Shown one piece after another: positions 55,733 through 64,000 of a stretch of DNA of 64,000 nt. The DNA is from the human T2T-CHM13v2.0 reference genome, Homo sapiens. The notes beneath the pieces are model-generated. The model was not told where the DNA came from. It was given only the letters and a program-made list of their open reading frames with translations, and ran no database searches. The first letter of the stretch is position 1; each line of letters starts with the position of its first letter. The position numbers were made by a program, and so were the translations under genes. The stretch lies in assembly GCF_009914755.1 (NCBI RefSeq), contig NC_060926.1; one strand, written 5' to 3'.

Positions 55733-57578
55733 CTGGATAAATCAGATGATTGAATGAATAAATAAAATATATTAGAAACTGTAAATTTTGTCTTACCAGG
55801 TAACTCATAAACTATTCAATTAGTGAAGTACAAACAATAAAAGTCCTTCATAAATTACTTATTTTTTCAATATGGCATTCATCCTAAATTGGAATAATAG
55901 TAAAAAAAAACTATTAAGATGTTAATAATCTGTATAGCTTTGTATTAATTTGATTAAAGAGATTACAAATTCAAAATAAAAATAATGAGTATGTTTCATC
56001 TGATTTAATTTTGTAAAATTCAGCACATATGATAACACTCTTAAAAAGTCTGTTTTAGATTAGGAAATGCACAGGATGTCTTAGTTTCTTTTTATCTTTA
56101 ATGTTTCCTAAAAAGTTGAAATCCACTGGTTTTATAGAAAACAAAAGAAAAAAGATACATATTTTCTAGCATTCCCACAACCACTATCACTATCAGGAAT
56201 ATAAACTAATGCTTTAGCAAATATTATTTCCCAGAAAGTTAACAAGTAACTTGTTTTTTGGAAATGGTTAATAGTCACTTCAGCAATGTGTGGAGTTAAA
56301 ATACTAAGTGGCTGAGTCCATTGCTATACCCACACCAAAGAAAAAAAAAACCCAAATATCATAAGTTCACTTTTGATAGTCATGATAACAACCGTACCAC
56401 TGTACAGTTGTTTTTATCTTTTCTCATCTCATTTTATCCTCTCAGCTCTGGGATTGGGGAGGGATAAATGTTAATACTGTTTCCCTGGTAAAGGAACTAA
56501 AGTAGAGAGAAGTTAATATATTTCCTAATTAATGGTTGCTATTTAATGGTCACTAACAACACATCATTGGCAGACTGGAATGAGGATGTAGGTATTCTGC
56601 CTCTTTTTCAAATATCTTTTTTGTATATTGCAACACTTTCATTGGCCAAAGCACTTAGAGCTAGTTATTGAACTTTGGACTTTCCTGGTAGACACACTCA
56701 AAGGCTTTTCTTTTTTTTTTCTCAAGTATAATCTTGGTGTTTTGTTTTGTTTAAATTTGATTTTTAAGACAAATTAAATGTGCCAGCTCTCTAGGAACAT
56801 ACCACTTTTGGACTTATTCTTCTCCATATTCATCAGGGTTCCTTACAAAGAAATGGACACTCAGTAAATATTTACTGATATGATTTACGGTGTTACAAAG
56901 GAAATTTACAATCTCAGAACTTTCTGCTGAAAGCTTTAAAAGCTTGAGATATTTATGTTTTCAAACATTTTTTTCTGAACGGATTTTGCTATTCTCTACA
57001 AAATCTAGCACCTGCATTTTGAGCACTTACCTACTGTAAGCCTACTTCAGCAGTCCCAATGCGTTTAGATATATATATATATATTTGTAAATGGGCTAGG
57101 CTTCTTTTTACATTAAAGAAGTTCCAATGGAGTAAAGCAGAGATTAGTAGACCTTTTATATGTTACTAATTAAATTTAGTCATCAACTAAAATTAACAGT
57201 GAAAGGCGGCAGCAGAAATGTTTAACCACACTGCAGTGAAGTTCTACATCTAAGGCAGCTCTTCCCAGCATGGCAGAGAAATCTTAAAATGACAAGGCTT
57301 AAATCTCACTCCTCACGGGCTCGAGCCTAATGAGTAAGACTTATTAAATAAACCCACATGCTGAAGACCAGTTATTAAAGAAGACAAAAACAAAAAAACA
57401 AAATAAAAAAGCAGAGAAAACACCTCTTATCTATGAAACCAACCCTCAGCAACATATATATAAACTAATGTAGTTTAGTCTGGGGGATATAAGAAACACA
57501 ATTAGAAGATTTTTCTTTTTTTATCAAATCAAAATCTATACATTACATCCACATATTGCCAATGTGTCTATGTGGCTT

Positions 57579-57892
57579 TTTTGTTGTTGTTGTTGTTGTT
57601 TGTTTTTTTTTTTTTTGAGACAGTCTCACTCTGTCGCCCAGGCTGGAGTGCAGTGGCGCAATCTCGACTCACTGCAACCTCCGCCTCTCGGGTTAGAGCG
57701 ATTCTCATGCCTCTGGAGTAGCTGGGACTACAGGCACCTGCAACCACGCCTAGCTAATTTTTTTGTATTTTTAGTAGAAATGGTGTTTCGCCATTTTGCC
57801 CAGGCTGGTCTTGAACTCTTGACCTCAGGTGATCCACCCGCTTTGGCATCCCAAAGTGCTGGGATTACAGGAGTGAGCCACCGCACGTGGCC
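57579..57892 (-). mobile_element. Alu (AluS-like) with (TTG)n tail in the ACADL last intron
   Basis: Antisense dimer; TSD gtggcttttttg. Confidence 0.9.
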
Positions 57893-58884
57893 TCAGTGGC
57901 TTTTTTGATATTAGGCGATATATGGGAAGAGAAATAGCAGTCTAGTTTAAAAATTGATACAATCTTTGAACTAACAAACTGGCCAAGAAAGGTGATTATT
58001 GTTTCTTAAAGAGAATATAAGTCTCTCAAACTGAAACCAGAGATTTCAAATAAGCCATCAATCTACATTGTTTGCTTGGTACCAACTTGAAGGAGTTGAC
58101 TCCGAGAAAACAGAGACCAAGGCTTATGCCACGCTCTAATCTTAAGCCATTTAGATGATTGCCTTCTCCCCACCTAATAGGCCTTTCTTAAATGTGAACT
58201 AAACCACACAAACATTGAGCCACTACATAGCTTCTGTTCTTAATGTAATTTTAGTAAAATATTTTTTCTAAGGACTATAAGCATATTAAATGTTTCCAAT
58301 TATACTTACCAAAAAGATAAATTTGAAATCATTAGGCTGCCAGTTTGAATGTAGGTTTCATAATTTTTCCCTTTAGATACTTTATATTAAGATAATCTTA
58401 AAACATTTTTAGAAGCCTATAGCATTCTTACTCTCAGATTCAGAACAAACTGAACTTTTCTGTATAAATAAAAAATTTCCTTGGGAAAATTTTCTAAACC
58501 AAAATCATTGCTAAATAATCAGAAAAATATATTTTCTAGGGTGATGAGGAAAAAAAGCTATGGGGAGACTTCTGAGGCAAAAGACTGTTAGGAGAAAAGG
58601 AAATTCTGGAGACTGAGGAAGAAATATGAATGGGGACACTGCCTATTTACAAATTAGTACTGCTTCAAACTGATAAGAATATTCATATATGATAAAAAGA
58701 TATATTTGATTTCTTTCAATTTGAAGGAAATAAATCTATTTAGAAAGAAGATTTTTAATTTTTTTAGAACAAAACAAATAATCAGATATTTAAGATATGT
58801 GACAACTTAGATCCTTTTCATATGCCAGTTAATTTTTCTGTATTGCTTTTTTTTTTTTTTGGTTTTAAAAAAAAAGTAGTATTT

Positions 58885-59200
<316 letters not shown>

Positions 59201-59483
59201 TTTTGAAAATACTATTTGTCCTTCTACATAAGGATTCAAATAAAGCCAAGGATCAAGCTTTTGTTTATTGGTCTCTTTACTTTATTTAAGAAAAATAAAA
59301 TCCTAGTAGGGAGTTGATAAAAAAAAAGCTGTTTCCATTTGCTTGAATACATTTTGTCTGTATTCAGCTGAAAAATTCAAAAGATTGCACACCTCCTTTC
59401 CCTCTACATTTGATGTACAAAGTAAAGAAATTTTCCTTTTTCTTCACATCATAAAGAAGAGTGTATCAGAAAACTATACTTAC

Positions 59484-59570
59484 TTTGCAATTGGGTACTC
59501 CCACATGTATCCCCAACCTCCATGGAGCTGTACACAGTCGTAAGCTACACTATTTTGTAACTCAGATGCC
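59484..59570 (-). CDS. ACADL: Long-chain acyl-CoA dehydrogenase, penultimate exon (87 nt)
   Basis: Translates (W)ASELQNSVAYDCVQLHGGWGYMWEYPIA(K), the acyl-CoA dehydrogenase QLHGGxGY signature. Acceptor catttag|G, donor AA|gtaagt. Confidence 0.96.
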
Positions 59571-60324
59571 CTAAATGACCAAAATAAAAGGCAGAAAAGA
59601 AATGTTTGAAATGGATTTTCATGAGGTGCTTCAAAACCAGAAAACTAATTATTTACAATTGTTTAAATGTGCACATTTATTAAGCAATTAGAACGGCATA
59701 TTAGCTAAGCAAAGAAGATAAAAATTACATATGAAATATATTTCAAGAGAATTTTCATATAAGAGTACCTTTTTCATTAATTATATTTCTTGCTAGGTTT
59801 TTGTTAGGCTAGAAACAAAAGGTAGAAAACTCAGATGATTAGATTTTGGCTATTTGAGGCTAGAAAAACATGCAGTAAAGACTTGAATATGTTCTAATTT
59901 ATTTGGATTCTCTATATGATCTAAATTACTCAGCCACCTAGTTCTTTTTGCCCTTGTAATATGCATTTTTTCTCCAATGATGTCACTTTCTACTTGAAGA
60001 TCACGATTCTGAATTTCAGTATAAAAAAGCAATTTTTTAGGGTTCTGACTTTTCAGAAATAAATTGAAGATAAAAGTGAAAACCTAAGAGGGCAGACTAA
60101 CAAAGTATATGCTATCATATAGGAAACATTAGAAAATTATATAGAGATTATTATTCCTGAAGTGTATGTATTAGTATTATATATAATGTTTGTATACATA
60201 AACATGCAGTGCTTGAGAAAAATTCTTTTCTGATAATATCACAATTCTATCATTAAAATTCATGATAGAGATTTTATTCACCTTAACATAAAAATACATT
60301 AGTTCAAAATTCTTTTCTACTTAT

Positions 60325-60515
60325 TTTTCTTTTCTTTCTTTCTTTTTGTTTGTGAGTCTGTTTTAGTGATGGAGTCTCACCCACTCTAGGGCCTAGGTTG
60401 GGATACAGTGGCACAATCATAGCTCATTACAGTCTTGAACTCCAGGGCTCAAAGGATCCTCTCACCTCAGCTTCTCAAGTAGGAGTTACTACAGTGGCAA
60501 GCTACAGCACCCCAC
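60325..60515 (-). mobile_element. Old Alu monomer (FRAM/FAM-like)
   Basis: gatggagtctcac...cagtggcacaatcatagctcattacagtcttgaactcc...cctcagcttctcaagtagg. Confidence 0.65.
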
Positions 60516-61890
60516 TACTTATTTTTCAATAGTGGGAAGCATAAAGCAAAAATAAGGGTAGATACTTCTTTTTATTTAAAATAATTTAAAACTCAGACCA
60601 TACGACAGGTGAGGATATTTCTAAGCAATATATTAACAATATAATTATTAATAGACAAGACTTTGGGGACAATAATATTTGGATTTCTCTAATTTTTTAT
60701 ATTTGGCAAGTATTTTAGTGAAATATTTACTGGGCTATAACTAGTTGCCTCCTGTGTTTCAGTGTGAAATATGAGCATGTGTATAAACCTGAGGTTTTCA
60801 AATAACAAGGTCAATGGCTATCCAAACTTCTCTTTTTCCAAAAATATGTAAATTTTTTTTACACTTTTTGCCACTAGTCAAAGAACTTCTTGTAAATGTA
60901 AATATAAAAAGTCTCCTCAAAAGTGCAAGTTTCTGAAAAGTAATTCCACATTATTTTTCAACCTGGCAATTTTGTTATTATGGGATCATTATATAAAGCA
61001 CAAAATATTTCCCCTGTTCTACCTGTGATTGAACTGAACACAAGTTAATGAATAATGACAGGAATTTATTCTAAGTTACTCTTGGGCTAATGATATGGGA
61101 GAATGTTTGTTTTTAAAAAGAGGAAACCAAATCTACTTCCAGAATCTGATTTAGACTGTATATTCTAAAATCTTAAAATATACAAAAGTCTGACATACAG
61201 GGATGTTTTTTCATTCAACTCATCTTTAACACCATTGCTAATAATCTTTAATTCAAATCGAAGTCTTTCTAAACTTAATAGGATTTTTATTCTCCTTTCA
61301 CTTAATAGAGCCTGTGAAACTTTGATTGGACAGCCAGTTCTTCCTGAATTTTTTCTTAAAATTGGAAAGCACCTTAAATAGAAAAATCCTGTCCAACTTA
61401 GTCATTTCACAGATAACAAAAACATTTTCCTGGATGGAATTAAGTTTAATTATAGTTATTTAATAAAAGAATTCGGACTCTATCTCAAGACTCCTAAGTT
61501 TTACTGTTCCCTTTCAGCCTCACTATACTGCCACTCTTCAGATAATTTGAAATTAAACTATTACTTGAATGAATGAATCAGTCATCCTATCAATATCACT
61601 CTTCATTTTCCCACTCTTAATATTTTATTTTCAATAGCAAGTTAAGAATTAAATACTAACTTTGCTTGCCTATTAGGATAAAAAAATTAAATACCAACTT
61701 GAAACATTTTTAGCACATTATACATATGCTTAATGGAACTTTTTAGCATTTTTTTTTAAAGTGGAGTCTCACTTTTATTTTTCATTTCACAGATTTCTTC
61801 CTTTAAGACCCTCAAGGCTGAGCTTAAAATTGGCAGAATTCCATATCAGTCTGAGCACACACCGCACTCTAATTACTGTAGCATGCATAC

Positions 61891-62018
61891 CAATATTTCG
61901 CCATGCAAGCAGTGGCGGAGTCCAAACGTTTCGCTTCATGCAGCTGGAGACAGTTGTCCACAAATGCTCGGGTTACACATATATGTGTTTTTAATTCTGC
62001 TAATTGATGTTGCACTGT
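61891..62018 (-). CDS. ACADL: Long-chain acyl-CoA dehydrogenase, third-last exon (128 nt)
   Basis: Translates TVQHQLAELKTHICVTRAFVDNCLQLHEAKRLDSATACMAKY(W). Acceptor ttcaag|ACA, donor TG|gtatgc; phase matches the next exon. Confidence 0.95.
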
Positions 62019-62644
62019 CTTGAATTTAAAGGAAATAAAAGAAAAAAGTGAGCATGGTAGAAATATAAACTTCAACCCACTTAACATATCAGAAATTATA
62101 CAATAAAAGATCTTTAGGGCAAACAAAAGTGGAATTGTTGGTTTTTTCCTCCATAAAAATGGCATTTGTTACCAAATCAGCTTAAATTTAAAACTCACTA
62201 TATTTCAGTGCTAAGGAAATTTGTACTAAAAGATGCAAAAATAGTTTAAAACATAAACAATGTCTTGTTTCAGATTGTAAAATTTAGACGAGGCAAAATT
62301 CTTGAAAAACAGCATGACTTTAATGTGTGAGCACCATCTTGTGGTACAGTTATTTAGGTACAGCCGTTGAAAACACCTGTTGCTTTTTCCTCCAGAGATT
62401 AAATCCTTGAAGATTTTTTTCTTTATTAATGAAATTAAGTATACAGATTTTGCTACTCTGCTTCTAACATCTGGAGGGACAAGGGGTTTCTATATATGTT
62501 CATAAACATCAAAATATAAGGTATTATTTAATATTGCACAGTATTTAATCTAGATCTGTAGAAAGCAATAGAATAAAATCAGAGTACTAAAGAGATCAAA
62601 ATCCAGTACCCTCATCCTCTTTCATCCCTTCACATTATCCCTTC

Positions 62645-63012
62645 TGATATGGTTTGGCTCTGTCCCTACCCAAATCTTATCTTGAATTGTAGCTCCCATA
62701 ATCCCCACATGTTGTGGGAGGGACGTGGTGGGAGATAACTGAATCATGGGGGTGGGTTTGTCCCATGATGTTCTTGTGATAGTGAGTAAGTCTCATGAGA
62801 TCTGATGGTTTTATAAAGAGTGGTTCCCCTGCACACGCTGTTTTGCCTGCTACCATGTAAGATGTGCTGTTGTTCCTCCTTCACCTTCCGCCATGATTAT
62901 GAGGCCTCCCCAGCCATGTGGAACTGTGAGTCCATTAAACCTCTTTTTTTTTTTTAATAAATTACCCAGTCTCAGGTATTTCTTCATAGCAGTATGAAAA
63001 TGGATGAATACA
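62645..63012 (+). mobile_element. THE1-family MaLR solo LTR in an ACADL intron
   Basis: TGATATGGTTTGGCT...ttcatagcagtatgaaaatggatgaataCA; TSD-like ccttc/cctcc. Confidence 0.9.
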
Positions 63013-64000
63013 CCTCCCGTACCTCTCAATAGCTTGTTTAGCAGTCTCTAGCTTGGACTGAATGGTCTGGGATTATCAATGTTAATATAGCTATGTACCT
63101 ACCTCCTCCTACTGGCCATGGACAACCCATTAGCATTTTTGGAAATCATTCTATTTAGACCATTCTCAATTGTTGCTGACTGTCCTTGCTTCAATCAAGC
63201 TTTATTTCATTCCTGACTCTAGGCTCTCACACTCTGAACTTGGAGTGTATATCTGTTCTCTTTGGCACTGACTCTTGAGCCTCCCTCAGGAAATTGGCTT
63301 GAACTTGAAATACTGGGTTCCCACTTTGGGTAGCTCCAAAAGTATACTCCATTCTAGTTGATTTCTTAGGTCCAAGGCCCAGATATGGTCAGCTGGCCTA
63401 TCTTCTTTGTGAAAATTCAGATAGAAACAGTTCTGATCATTCTGCTGTGAAATGAGTAAGAACTTCACTGTGGCTAATAGCATATACATGGAAAGTTACA
63501 GGCAAAGGTGGTGCAGTGAAACTCAAACTAGAAATTAAACACATCCCACCTAGGTACTACCAAGTCCAAAGCCACAGCTGTGTTCTCAAAGGAGGGTGGT
63601 GGGACACATTCTCAGAAGATACATGGTCTGCTTTTAATGCTGGCTACAGCAATTCTCAAGTTATAAAACTGATTCTTTCACTGTCATTGTTGGTTGGGAC
63701 AGTTTTGATACTTACCATTTCTGGAAAAGAGTAGAATGGGAGTGTAAAAAGACCCAGGACCAAGCAAGACCAGGGTGTATCAGGTGGAGTAAAGCTCTGA
63801 GGGGCAGATTCCTTACAGGTATATCAACATAACTACTGTGCTGATGAAAACTCCAACTGACTGTCTTTCCCCTGGTTTTATTTCACCCTGTTCTAGAAAC
63901 AGAGAATGTAACTGGCATCGAATGATTCCAAAACTAAGCAATGAGAAGGTTGGCACCCCACTCCTTCCATCTCTGTATTCTGGCCTCTAGTTCTGAACAT

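Noticed and set aside
62019-62165. MPFLWRKK... extension of the ACADL exon ORF
   Set aside because: Intronic sequence upstream of the AG acceptor at 62019-62020.
62905-62917. PRDM9 hotspot motif in the THE1 LTR
   Set aside because: CCTCCCCAGCCAT mismatches CCNCCNTNNCCNC at positions 7 and 13.

Overview
Primate, almost certainly human, genomic DNA: AT-rich, dense in repeats, with one CpG island. It holds two minus-strand genes in tandem. The first is the 5' end of KANSL1L: CpG-island promoter and non-coding exon 1 at ~37.8-38.1 kb, and a 1117-nt exon 2 at 20187-21303 with the start codon at 21274. The second is the 3' end of ACADL: three coding exons at 61891-62018, 59484-59570 and 55639-55732, with a 3' UTR to ~54.6 kb. 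The rest is intronic or intergenic and is filled with Alu, L1 (one ~6.4 kb L1PA, one ~7.8 kb old L1M), L2, MIR, MaLR/ERV LTRs and DNA-transposon fossils. I found no prokaryote-type system, CRISPR array or structural RNA gene. The most notable observation is the KANSL1L 5' leader. A (GGC)10 repeat lies in an open poly-glycine frame with upstream in-frame CUGs and an AUG, and after splicing this frame ends on a TGA overlapping the main ATG, resembling the FMR1/NOTCH2NLC poly-G uORFs. Other points are an ACADL Gln333 allele, a circRNA-type exon 2, an L1 antisense promoter facing KANSL1L, and a pentamer microsatellite that cycles through related motifs. Gene names come from my recognition of the protein sequences. 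Repeat subfamilies and boundaries were judged by eye and are approximate.
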